Below are positions 1-12,513 of a stretch of DNA of 64,000 bases, piece after piece. The DNA is taken from the NCBI GenBank assembly GCA_050575255.1, contig JBNZDD010013729.1, positions 9,550,312 through 9,614,311 on the forward strand. Reading direction: 5' to 3'. A program made the position numbers and the translations under genes. This stretch comes from Harriotta raleighana. Lineage: Eukaryota. Under the pieces are notes generated by a model. It searched no databases and was not told the DNA's origin. It saw nothing but the letters and a program-made list of their open reading frames with translations. Position 1 is the stretch's first letter, and every line of letters starts with the position of its first letter.

Positions 1-19
1 GGAATATAACAGGCGATAA

Positions 20-217
<198 letters not shown>

Positions 218-686
218 TGATGCCTTGTGAACATCCTATCATGATCAGTATATGACATGATGGACTGAGCAATGTGGGACAGAAAGGGTACTGCTCTGTG
301 CTAAGTTACTCTTCGCTAAACTGTGCGGCGTCCATCGCTCGGGCTGCCTTTGGTGGGTGCAATGTGTTTGAATGTTTATCTGATTTAAATAGAAGAAAAA
401 AAAACCCTAACTTACCAAACGTGCTAAGACACATTTATAAAAGCGGATCTGTTTCCCACTGCATTTTTGATTGCTTTTTGAGGAATTCCCATCATGTTTG
501 TTTGTGTTCAGTCAGGGGCAGATTTGAGATCAATGCAAATTTAAATGTTAGAAGAATTATTTTTAAAAGTAAACAAATTTTAAGAATATTTGAGTGATGT
601 CTTAGATGTGCCATGTTGAAAAACTGAATACCTCCCATTGGCTTACACTAGACATTTTTTTTTAAAAAGGCTAATATTTTTGTTAA

Positions 687-851
<165 letters not shown>

Positions 852-1264
852 TAACCCAGAGCCGTAAAGATTTTTTTGTAATGAAAACTATAAATTTTAA
901 ACTCTTATGGTTAGAATTGAGGAACGCTGGTTATAATGTTTGGAATGTTTGCATGATTAGAGACAAGACTAGGTTACTCACAGAGCTATGCTGTCATTTT
1001 ACTTAAATGAATAAGTGGGATTGAGGCCATTCTATATGGCAGAATGTAAATTTCAGTAGGAAGTAGAGGATTGTTGAGGCTTGACTGGCCTTTCTTCTCT
1101 CTATTTTAACATTTTAAAAAAAATGTGTTTGGAATTTGTGGCTTCATTAATGACCGGGGATCTTTGAATTAACATTAGGTATTTTTCAAATAGAAGTATA
1201 ATGTGTTTGCGTAATTGATGTTTTCTTAACTTGGCAGTTGTTGTGCTTTTGTTCTTTCCTATAG

Positions 1265-1393
<129 letters not shown>

Positions 1394-1981
1394 TAAGGGT
1401 GACTAAAGCAGTTAGTTATCTTTACGTTTAGCTTCCAAGCTGTAGCCTGTATAGATTATTGCTTTATGTTGCGGTTATGGATCACAGTATTTTCTGCCAA
1501 ATATCTGAAAATAAATGTACATTTATATGCTTCTATCACATGTTGGCTCACTGTGCATCAATGACATGGAACACACAGCAAACCCCAGTGAGGAACAAAC
1601 TTCAAAATAGCCACCAATTAATTTAACTACTGCTTTGAATGCATTGCAGCTGGAGCGATCACATTGTTGTGTGTTTGCTGGTGAATTTTGACAGTATGAT
1701 ATCTCCTGACCAGAGTGTTAGGGCACAACACCCATTGGAGCTCTTCCATTTCAAAGTCCAGGGTTCAATTTGACCCCACAACTCTTTGATGAATGTGAAA
1801 CTTGATGTGGTAACAGTTTCAAATGAGATTCCTACGTGGCAGGGTAGGACTTCAGTCGATTAGAAGTTAGATTAGAATTGAAATGAGATCAGAAATTTTT
1901 TGTCACCAGTTGAGTTGACCTGTTAGAGAAGTGGCAGCTATATTGTTCCTGTTATCTCTAAACTAACGTTCGCTCTTTCAG

Positions 1982-2147
1982 TGCATCATTTGACTCCACC
2001 GTGCGATTATGGGATGTGGACCGAGGGATCTGTATTCACACTCTGACCAAACACCAGGAGCCTGTGTACAGTGTAGCGTTTAGTCCGGACGGCCGATATC
2101 TGGCTAGTGGTTCTTTTGACAAGTGTGTTCACATCTGGAACACGCAG
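1982..2147 (+). CDS. TBL1XR1: TBL1XR1 coding exon: [55 protein letters not shown]
   Basis: Branch-like ctaac, acceptor ctctttcag, donor gtaagt. 166 nt. Overlaps ORF 2001..2246. Confidence 0.97.
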
Positions 2148-2160
2148 GTAAGTGTGGTAG

Positions 2161-2454
<294 letters not shown>

Positions 2455-2519
2455 TGAACAGTATGAAAGATAATGGCAAACATTGAATCTGCCTTCCTGA
2501 TTAAAACAATAAAATTAGT

Positions 2520-2640
2520 CATTTCAATCACCCACAAATATAGTCAATTCACTTTGCAGTATATTCTGTGAAGCGCTTTGAGATGTCTAGAAGATGTGCA
2601 AAGCGCTATATCAAATGCAAGGATTGTTATTTATTATTAA
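2520..2640 (+). mobile_element. 5'-truncated SINE (3' part) in the last TBL1XR1 intron
   Basis: cacaaatatagtcaattcactttgcagtatattctgtgaagcgctttgagatgtctagaagatgtg...aaatgcaaggatt, shared with dozens of copies in the window. Confidence 0.85.
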
Positions 2641-3330
2641 ATCTGATATAAATTGACAGATTAATTTATTTAAAAATACAAACTTTTTTTAGAATCTGTT
2701 CCACTATCTGTAAGCTCAAAGGATGGGAACAAGTTGGGGGTAAATTCATTCTAAGGAAAGATTGTTGGTTTTGAAGGATTAAGTGGAGCTTTGGGCCGCA
2801 CAACCATTTCTAGTTTCCTTTTGTGTTATTTCACGAGACTAGAAAATGAGACAGATCATGTGACTTACATTCACACAAAGTCAGGCTGTGTCTCCACCTA
2901 CTGACAGCATCTGTTCCTGAATTTCACTTAAAAAAACAAAATAAATTTACTCGCATTCTTGCTATGGCTAGATTTATTTCAACCGTAGAACCTCTTATTT
3001 TTAGCTAATTAAAATGGGGAAAAAAAATTCTCATCATGGTGGGAGGATGTTGTAAAGCATAAATAATTAATAGGATGTTGTGTTTCATTCGTTTCTATGT
3101 TTATACTCTTTGAGCTCTTACTTACTCAGCCTTATAATGTGTGTTCCTTATTCAGCCTTACTACATAACGTGTGCTTTCTGTTTAAAATGCTATTACTGA
3201 TGGTGAGGCTAACTGAATCTGAATCCGATTAACGGAGATACACATGGTTAATAAATAAACTTCTGACATAAAAGTCTCGCGATGAAGCCACACAGTAAAT
3301 TGACGAAATATTTCTGTTTCCTATTAAAAG

Positions 3331-3357
3331 GTTTGTGTGTTAGATCTGCGGAAATAG
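3331..3357 (+). CDS. TBL1XR1: TBL1XR1 terminal coding segment: VCVLDLRK*
   Basis: Acceptor ...ctattaaaag, then GTT TGT GTG TTA GAT CTG CGG AAA TAG, the known TBL1 family C-terminus. Confidence 0.95.
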   Translation, partial: VCVLDLRK

Positions 3358-6300
3358 CGCTGCGAGCTGGTAGCCATGGACCGACTATGAATGTGTACAT
3401 AGCCAAAATGACTGTCCCTGCCCCACGTACTGCTACAGTCTCACATGAACCATGGCCAGTCCACTACAGCCAAAACAGTCCGCAAAGCAGAGAGCAGGGC
3501 GGGAAACAGCCCTGATGTGATATGAAGAACGCGCCCTGGACTGCTTAATGCTGGGAGCTCCCACCTCACAAAGAAAATTCAACCTTTCCTGAAGATTTTA
3601 AATAACTTTTTAAGACTTCACACACACACACATACACGCACACACAAGACCATATGACCATATGTGTACCAGAATCGCAAGGGAGCGGGGGACAAAATAT
3701 CTTTTTTTGGTCCGGAGTCGATATAGAACGAATGAACTTGTCAGCAGGTCAGCAGATTTGCACATATCAACTTCTTTAAATCAGCAGCAAACAGTTTGTT
3801 CCCTTGTTTTAGATATTGTTTTTAACCACTTTGGTTTACAGTTGCATGAAGTAGAAGAGTAACTGTTTATTCTTTCCTTGCTCTTCTCCTTCTCCGCCTG
3901 CCCGCCTCATCTTACATATTTACAGAACACACAATTAGAACAAACCCTTTTTTTGTGGTGGGGGTGACACAGTGAGCAAAATATCTGTGTGTTTAGTATT
4001 TTTTTGGGGGGTGGGGGAGTGGGTACATTTTGTTAATCACCAAGTTTAATACCGTATGTGGGGAAAACACCAAACCAACCACTCCAACAAAACTCAAAAC
4101 TAAAATTAGTTTTCATTGTACACCAGTCACAGGTGAACAAGCCGTGGTTTACAGGTGTAATAGTTTCTCAATGGGAACATGATTCTGCCGATTTATAATA
4201 AGTCAACAAATGGGCACAAGGACAGAGAATCTCTGCAGTGGTGGATGGAAGCTCCTCTCGCTTTGCGTATGGTTGGATTGTGCACTATTGTTAGAGCATC
4301 TTATATAGAACTTTGAAAAATAACTTCTGGACACAGGATTTTTGCTGTTCTACTTTGGTAGAAGTACAAGCATCAATTTCAGTATTCCAGTATTAATGAC
4401 TGATATCTCGTAAGCAAAGGTTTTAAATCCTATCCAGTGCAATGAGATACCCCCCCTCCTCCGTGCCCCCCTTCCCCCTCATCTGCCGTTAGGCAGAAAT
4501 CATGCAGGCATATATTTTATGTTGATGCTAAGGCAAGAGTTGACTTGCTTTTAAAAAAATTATTTCCTCAGACATGGGTTCATCTCAGCCCTCTGACGCA
4601 CTTGCACTTGCTATGTGCAGTGAAGGACAAGTGTTATACTTGCAATAGCTTTTTTTTTGAATAAAGTATATTATTCTATAAAGTATAGAATATGTGGGCT
4701 TGTAAACCTCAGGGGACCCTTCTTCAGACGGTGAAGTTGCTAAATATTTCTGCTAAAAGAAACTCAATTACTTTTTCACATGGAGAAGACATTTGAGGTT
4801 TCAAATTTGTGGATGTAATTAATGCATTATATATAATGTCAGTTTAACAAAGATATTTCTCCGCTTCCTATGGTTCCCGTGCAGTAACCGGTTGCAGGAA
4901 CCAGGTTCTTGCAGTTATTTCTTACCCCACCACCCTGGGCTCCTATTTTGACACTTGGAAAATAATTCCTGTAACGAAAAGTATTGGTTTTGTTGGAAGA
5001 CCATTTTGCCTCGATATTCTGTAAACTCAAAACTACTACAGACACAGGTTTCCCCTTTTCTGGACCAATAAGATTGGAATGGCTTTTATCCATCTATGAT
5101 GGCCTTGCTGGCATATATGTGTTGATAAAGTCTGTCTAGCCTCACTTATAGAAATGGAACCTATCAATTGTTTATGATCCTGTACAAGTAGGTTTCACCA
5201 TATCCCGGTGGCAGACAGACAAGCCTTATCATTCTCAAAACGTTGCCCTTTTCTTACTAAGTTTGTTGTGAAGTTGACCTTAAAGTAACGAGTACTCCTT
5301 TCCTACATAAAAACTGATGCAGAAAATATGTTATGTAGACTGACTGTATTGCTGGCGGGCGAATGTTTGTGGTGGTGTTAAGGTCTGAGAAGGGTTTGCG
5401 GCCCAGTGTTTTTTGTATCTGGGTTGCAAGAAAGTAAAGTAAATGCTGACATTTTATTTTCGGTGGCAGCGAGTGACTGGGCTCCTTGCAAACCATTCTG
5501 TATTTTTGGCGGGGAGTCCAGGCCGGAAGAGAGCGAGGCCGGAAGAACCTTTTACACCCAACAGTTACGGAGTCGCTGTTCTCTTGACGTGGCTGGAGTT
5601 ATCTGCCGTTTTTTTTTAAAGAAAAACACTTTTTATTTTTAATTTGCCCGGGAGTGATGTCGAGGGTTTCATTTTGTGCGTCATGAATGGTTGGGAAGTT
5701 ACCACTGCTGGGGCCGGATGTGAGGGCAGGCGGGAACACAGGGAGAAACATTGGGGGGTATTTGAACTGTAATAATGGGGTGGGGGGGGGAAGAAATTAT
5801 CTGATACGGTCATTGTTGTTTGACATCAGTCAGATACAGATACGCCCTGGATAATTCCACACTTCTGCTGATCTGCAGGTTTGTTCTTAATCACTTCACG
5901 AGTGGGTAAGTGCACATACATAGGCTTTTGATGATTGGAGGCTGTTGCTCATATCTTCTGCTGGGACTTTAGTAGGACTGAGAACTCCACAGAAACCATT
6001 GTGATGACAATTTTTAAGAAAACAAAAATAGATTTTTTTGTGAACTACCTGAAGCGAGAGTAATTATAAACTGTCGTCCTTTCCCTAAACCAATCCTGAT
6101 CCGGACACATCACTGACATAACACTCTCGCTCGTCTGTTCCGATTGCAAAGTGAGTGTTTTAAGGAGGGAGAGCTGCAAATCACACTGGCGATTTGAAGG
6201 CAGTGAGATGGTTAGGTCAGGTCAGTGAACACATGCATTCAGTGCTGCGGAGACAACGATTTGCAGGGGATCGATCGCTTGCTCGATCGTGTACCTATTC

Positions 6301-6725
6301 TCTTCGTAGCACTGGATTTTAAAATGTTTGCATCATTTCTACAGTTCTCACAAATTAAGATTTTAAAAGAAAAAATTGTGAACCTGTAAAACCAGGCAAT
6401 GAAAAAGTTTTTTTTTCTACTCTTTGAAACTATTGTTCTGTTTTATTTGTACCTGTTTTAAAAAAATACTGATTTTGATGTACCATTGCTGTCCTGGACC
6501 ATGTAAATATCATCTGATAATGTATTTGGGTTCCACATCACATTCATGATTTGCCCTTGGCCCCTCGTCCCCTCCCCTCCCATCACCTCACTCCCCACAT
6601 GTATGGCCACCACCCCAAGGCACATCTTCTGTTGCAGCTTCCCTTTGCATTGTACTGATCTGAAGACCATAATTTGCATCAGATCTGAAAGAGGTCCAGA
6701 ATAAAATATATTTTGATATTACATT
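3358..6725 (+). other. TBL1XR1: TBL1XR1 3'UTR (~3.4 kb)
   Basis: Follows the stop codon and lacks the SINE copies that fill the rest of the window. AATAAA at 4660-4665 and 6700-6705, the latter followed by a GT/T-rich tract. The 3' end is approximate. Confidence 0.7.
6700..6705 (+). terminator. Probable distal polyadenylation signal of TBL1XR1
   Basis: AATAAA followed by tgtgtggtctttt, a GU/U-rich downstream element. Confidence 0.65.
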
Positions 6726-6850
6726 GTGTGGTCTTTTGAAAACTTTTATATGACTTCTTTAGCTTGTGATCACTTCTGACCAACTCCATCCTTTACCTGC
6801 CTTCCTATGTGTTGGAAAAACACCAGTATCACGTGGGTTAAACAGTATTT

Positions 6851-6856
6851 TTTATT
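6851..6856 (-). terminator. Candidate polyadenylation signal of the minus-strand permease-like gene
   Basis: First AATAAA I found on the - strand downstream of the stop at 8654. An ATTAAA variant lies at 7254-7259. Confidence 0.35.
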
Positions 6857-8139
6857 AATCAGTAGGACTAGCACATTTTAATTATACGGTGTGTGTATAT
6901 GCAGATGGATTCTGAATTCATAAACATTTCAATCCTCTTCAGAAAGCACAGTGTCTTAAAATAGCAGGGTGTATAGACCGCACAGTTGTTTGGTTCCCGT
7001 CCAGTCATTGATGTGTAAGATTTTCTGGCATTTCAAGGACTTTCGCCTAGAAATCAGGAAGGTTTGTAGCATTCTATTCAGCCTCCACTGTGGGGGGAGC
7101 AATTATTACTGTTAATTACATACAGAGGGTGGCAGCTGACATTTTATGAGCCACAGCAGGATTTGGTAGGGGTGTGTTAATAGCGGCGCATGCAACAAAC
7201 TTCATTCAGAGCCAAATCTCACAGCCACAACGCTTCTAACTTAATCGCCAAACTTTAATCTTTTTAGAAATTAATTAGGAATCATTATTTTGGAATTCTG
7301 CTGTTATTACTTTTTTTTAAAACTGAAATCACCCAGAGGCTTTGAAGATTCAAGGCCTCCGTCCTTTCTCGAGTCAAAACCGTACATATGTTTAGCTTAA
7401 CCCTTACATCTTCTTTTACGATATCTGCAGGTGCACCACAATCACTTCATTGCAAAATATTTTGTCAGATTCAATGTCATTCATTTTTATAGCAAGGTCA
7501 AACTTGGGTAATTTATCTCTTGAGATGATAACCCAACTGGCTGTCAATAAAGAATATTCTTAGCTAAACGCTCGTAAAGACAGATACCTGACAAAAAATC
7601 TGTAAAATCTCCTGTAGATGTGTAACAATAAGACTTGATTTTATCCAATCAGATATAATGATGTTGCTGAGAAATGAGCTGTTCCTCCAAGACCCATCTA
7701 AAACCTGACACTCGACTGTCCGACCTTCAGTCATCTTCTCATCTCCCACCTCTGGCAAACCCTTCACTGTCCAGTGCCTTGGGACTTTCTCCTGATGTGA
7801 AAATGCCATTTGCTTGAATTCAATTGCAATATTGATTTGAATATATAATTTACTGGGGTTTCCCCCTTGATTATGTCTGGTACTTTTATAGGATTAGATA
7901 GAAATTTAACTTCTATTTGCTATTGTACACAAATCTCATAGCAACCCTTATATTTCCACAGTGCCAAGTCCTGATTCACATTAATTTCATGTGTTAAACA
8001 CTAAAACCACTGGTCTTACCTATATTTTCTTGGAATTCTACATTTGTATTAATGTCTGGCTAGATTTCAGGGTCTTTGATATAAATTTCAACAGTCTGTA
8101 AGTTTATAGTTGGGTGTATGATATAATTAATGATCTGCC

Positions 8140-8320
8140 AAAAGGTTTAAGATTAAGATGGGAGGTTTTTTTAACCGCAGTGTCCTGGCCTTGAATCCCT
8201 TACATAAAATTGAACATTCATTTTATGCTGTTTATGGGATGTTGCTGTGTGCAATATTGGCTGCCATGTTTGCCTACAAAATACTCTGTATTTTACGGAA
8301 AATCCTGTAAAGTGATTTCA
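8140..8320 (+). mobile_element. Old, diverged Deu-domain SINE remnant, within the putative 3'UTR of the permease-like gene
   Basis: gctgtttatgggatgttgctgtgtgcaatattggctgccatgtttgcctac resembles the DeuSINE core. Confidence 0.5.
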
Positions 8321-8653
8321 GACTTCCTTCAGTAAAGCCAAGAGAAGTTATGATGTTCTACAATTAAGTTTGACCCTTGACAAGTGAACTAAGTTTAGGA
8401 ACAGTAAAATAGTACACTACTGCTTGCATTTCCTACATTTTTAAATTAAAAATGGAAGTGTATCAATTTTTTTTAAACTTAGTGTGTGACTGAAGAGATA
8501 TTTAGCCTACACCAAACACACCACATTATCTGAAATTGTCATTCTTATTAAAGATCTGTCTGAAATGCAAAAATAATTTCACATGGCTTAAATATCTCAT
8601 TTCATACGGCTTAATAAAGATATGTCTGACAACCCAGTCTTTCAGGCCTGTGG

Positions 8654-8816
8654 CTACGGGTTTGCTGTACCGTTGGCTGGTATTAAATGTGTGTTTGTCC
8701 ACATCGGAACCATCAACTCCTCAATGTCATAACCCACAGCAAACAGGAAATAAACTGGGAGAAGCCAGTGTAAAGAGAATACCCTGGGACTTGTGGCCAA
8801 AGGCACGGTGATATGT
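8654..8816 (-). CDS. Permease-like gene, last coding exon: (K)HITVPLATSPRVFSLHWLLPVYFLFAVGYDIEELMVPMWTNTHLIPANGTANP*
   Basis: - strand acceptor ttttacttatttcag. Phase 2 matches the previous exon. Hydrophobic helix LHWLLPVYFLFAVGY; TAG at 8656-8654. Confidence 0.88.
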
Positions 8817-9274
8817 CTGAAATAAGTAAAATAATCCAGTTAATATTGGCACTTTATATATATATATATAAAAAAAGTACACGCATTCAATGGCAAACTT
8901 GACAACTCACTCCACTATTAAGCGCTTTGAGGCGTTGATAAGATGTGAAAAGCTCTATATCAAATGCAAGGATTATTATTATTATGTTCACCAACAACTT
9001 GCATGATATAGCGCCCCTCAAGCAGGCCAGCCAGAGCAATTGGAAATATTCCTCTTGTAAACTTCTAAAAAGTTTTAAAAACATTTTTACTCAATTTCAG
9101 GTTGCATTTGTCTTTTAAGTCACCAGCTGCACAGCGCATGAGGCTATGACATTAATACAGGTGTGAGTTGATCAAGAACACTCAGAAAAGGAAGTTTAAT
9201 GTCTGAAACAAAACGTCAAAGTATCAGCTGTCTCCGGACCTGACTAATGGAAAGATGAAATTGACAGTACTTAC

Positions 9275-9378
9275 TTGTATGGCTCTGACTGAGAATTGTG
9301 CAGCATTAAGAAAACAAACAAACCAGCTTCGAGGTTTAAAGCGAATGAAGCGACTTTATCGAGCAACACAACAAAGCC
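9275..9378 (-). CDS. Permease-like gene exon: GFVVLLDKVASFALNLEAGLFVFLMLHNSQSEPY(K)
   Basis: Acceptor ttgctttctacag, donor gtaagt. 104 nt. Contained in ORF 9271..9480 (-). Confidence 0.9.
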
Positions 9379-10323
9379 CTGTAGAAAGCAATAAAACATC
9401 ACAATTTTGTGGCTGTGCATTTTCACTGGGAGAATTCTCCTCCCATCACACCTCACTAGTTTAGCTGAGCCAGGTGACATGAAGTTTAAACTGCTTGTTC
9501 CAAGATTTATTGCGTTTCACCTACAAGTACTGTATACAGTTGATTTACTTTGCAGTATATTCTGTGAAGCTCTTTGAGATTTTGATAAGATGTGAAAAGT
9601 GCTATATCAAATGCAAGGATTATAATAATTATTATTTAAAGCAACATGTCATTTTCATTAACCTACAAATAGGGTTAAAAACTGGAGCTCTGACAAAGGC
9701 TTGTCTTTTCAGTTCAGAGTTCAGTTTAGGTACCCTGCTCTGTATAAATTGGATGGGACCTGTTCACACACAGTCTCCTTCGTTCTCTACACAGACAATA
9801 AGATAAACGGGACACAGTACAATACAAATACAACCAAAGAGGAAATAAAGGAAAGCTGAATTTAGCAGAATAGCCAACTCACTTTGAACTGAATTAAACG
9901 TTCAAAATTTGAGAACAAATATTGTTTATGTGTGCTTGCTAGATAAGACAAATTAATTGACCTGACATCTTCACATCAATATGAGATTTGCTGTTTCTGT
10001 GTCAATACTAAAGGTAAAAGGTTGGCACAGATCCAAATTTTACATCCAATGTCACTTTATAAAACCATGAGGTGCAGAGAACAATTAGTGGGACATCCTG
10101 AATGTGGCTCTTAACATTTCCCGTCTTGTTTATAAAAGGGCAGCACTTTTTGGGGGGAGAAAAAAATCTAAACTTTAATATAAATTGAAAGTTTGATTGA
10201 CATTACTGATAGTACATTGTGTATTTATTTACTAACATTGCTAGTATAATGCAAACCAATACTGTGTTTTCTCAATGTGCAATGACATTTTAGGTCCATT
10301 AAGAGAGAAATGGTGAAACCTAC

Positions 10324-10393
10324 CTTTGAATCAGACATAGCCACAGTAAAAATAATGCTGAACGATAACAGGCTGACACTCGTCTTTGTGATG
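10324..10393 (-). CDS. Permease-like gene exon: (S)ITKTSVSLLSFSIIFTVAMSDSK
   Basis: Branch ctaac, acceptor tccattcacag, donor gtaggt. 70 nt. TM-like segment; phases match both neighbours. Confidence 0.88.
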
Positions 10394-10691
10394 CTGTGAA
10401 TGGACAGAGGAGTTGCTGTTAGTGTTTTGGTTTCCAAGATATGCACAGAGAGTGAAACACAAGTGACACCTGGATATAAAGCCACCGTTTGAACATTAAT
10501 AAGAGTGGACGAGGAGAGGTTATGTGGGGAGAGGACTTTCCTCAATATTATTTGTGTAGACACTTCTGCATAGTGGTCAACAGCAACAATAACAACAGCT
10601 TACATTTATATATTTAGTGCCCTCCATGCCAGGCGGCGTCTCAGAGAGCTTAAATATAGCTCAAATATATCAATATTTTTATTAGCCAATA

Positions 10692-10986
10692 ATAATCCTT
10701 GCATTTGATATAGCGCTTTTCACATTTTATCGACGTCTCAAAGCACTTCACAGAATATAAGGTAAAGTGAATTAACTATATGTGGGTGAAACGCAGCAGC
10801 CAATTGCGCACAGCAGTGTCCCCACAAACAGTCATGGATTGAAATAATTAATTTATTACAGGTTTTTTGAGGGATTATATGTGGTGCGGAGGAAGGAAAC
10901 TTGCCCAAGGTGTCGCCCTGCCTGGATTTGAACACAGGACTCACACTTGTAAAGCGAGTACTCTATCACTGAGCTATAGGACTCCT
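10692..10986 (-). mobile_element. Full-length tRNA-derived SINE (Deu-like core, L2-type tail)
   Basis: Reverse complement of a head with Pol III A/B boxes, core gctgtgcgcaattggctgc and tail ...gcaagg(att)n. Confidence 0.88.
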
Positions 10987-11354
10987 TCAGATGTATTAAT
11001 ACATACATTCATATTTAAATATTAAAATATAATATTCATATAATACATTATGTAAATGACACTTATGTAGCCTCTTTCACGTCAGGAGGACGTCCCGGTG
11101 CAGATAAAGAACTGCACCAGTAAACGTAGATTATTTACAGACTAACAGTGAGCTTGAACAAGTTGGATACTCGTACGTTTATTACTAAGTGCTCTAAGAC
11201 ACGGTCTGGCGTGGAGCTCGCTATATAAATAAAAGTTATTGTCGTTGTTTAATCTCTAAAAGCTAATAATACACCCCAGTTCTGTGTCTGGCTATTTAGT
11301 GAGCCGTATTTGCCATCTGATAACTCTGCTCACGGGATCTGCTAAACCATTACT

Positions 11355-11670
11355 GAGATCCTACAGCTCAGTGGTTAGAGCACTCACCTTACAAGCATGA
11401 GCCCTTTGTTCGAATCCAGTCAGATCAGGGCGAAACCTTGGGCAAGTTTCCTTACTCCTCACACTTAATAATAATCCCTCACCACAATAATAAAATTGGT
11501 TATTTCAACCCACGACTGTTTGTGGGACGCTGCTGTATGCAATTGGCTGCTGCGTTTCGCCCACAAACATACAGTCAATTCACTTTACAGTATATTCTGT
11601 GAAGGGCTTCGAGATGTCGATAAGATGTGAAAAGTGCTATATCAAATGCAAGGATTATTATTACTATTTA
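11355..11670 (+). mobile_element. Full-length tRNA-derived SINE
   Basis: A box agctcagtggttagagc, B box gttcgaatcc, core, hairpin tail and (ATT)n end. Confidence 0.9.
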
Positions 11671-11920
11671 TTCTGCATCATTTATACTACACCTTAAGAG
11701 AATGAAGGGAGTGGGGGGGGGGGGGGCGGGTCGACTAATTGACTGTGCTGGGTAAATGGAGGACAAGTTGCCAAAAATGCAACATAAAAAATTAAAATAA
11801 AAAATTATTTGAAAACATACCATGTTAATAATAGACTAAATAGTAACAGAATATTGTACGGATACTTACCAATAAAGCATTCCAGCACATTCGGTAAAAC
11901 GATTTATTGAAAGCTTTAAA

Positions 11921-11986
11921 TTAATTAAACGTACGAACCTGGGTTTTTTACCGATCAGTAAAAAACCCAAGTTGTAAGTTTAATAA
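11921..11986. repeat. ~66 bp imperfect palindrome / hairpin
   Basis: ttaattaaacgtacgaacctgggttttttac-cgatca-gtaaaaaacccaagttgtaagtttaataa. The arms are near reverse complements. Confidence 0.85.
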
Positions 11987-12422
11987 GTGCGCATGCGCAC
12001 GCATTGCACACATGTGCAAAATGAGCAAACTTCCAATTGCTGGAATGGGGAATTGTCCCGGGAGAGGGGGGGGGGGGGGTCGAGCAATCCGGTTGATCGG
12101 GTCACGGATAAACGAGGTCTTACTGTATATTCCTTTTTTTTAAAAACTCTCGTCAAATGGACTCGAATTGTTTGGCTTTTCAGTCGACATCAATGCTTTA
12201 TTTATTTCCATTATTATCGCTGTCAGAGGTCTATAATTTCCACAATTGTGCTTTCTGACCTTTTCCAAAGAGAGACAAAACATGAGCAATATTATTCGAA
12301 CGTACTAACAGAATTCGTTCGTCTCAGGTTTCAATAAATCCACTCTCGGTATTGTTGACGAGTTTTATCTTTTTCTCCTGTTTTCTGAAGCCGAAGCGCA
12401 AGTAAAAGATTTTCTTTTGTAC

Positions 12423-12513
12423 CTTTTAAAACTCCAAATCTTATGGAGCCGTGGGCAGTTTTCAGAGGCCCCCTCACACCGTCTGCTCCAGAATGAATCC
12501 ACCCATCCTTCCA
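12423..12513 (-). CDS. Permease-like gene exon: (L)EGWVDSFWSRRCEGASENCPRLHKIWSFK(S)
   Basis: Acceptor tttcccttgcag, donor gtacaa. 91 nt. Bridges phase 1 to phase 2, as the flanking exons require. Confidence 0.82.
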
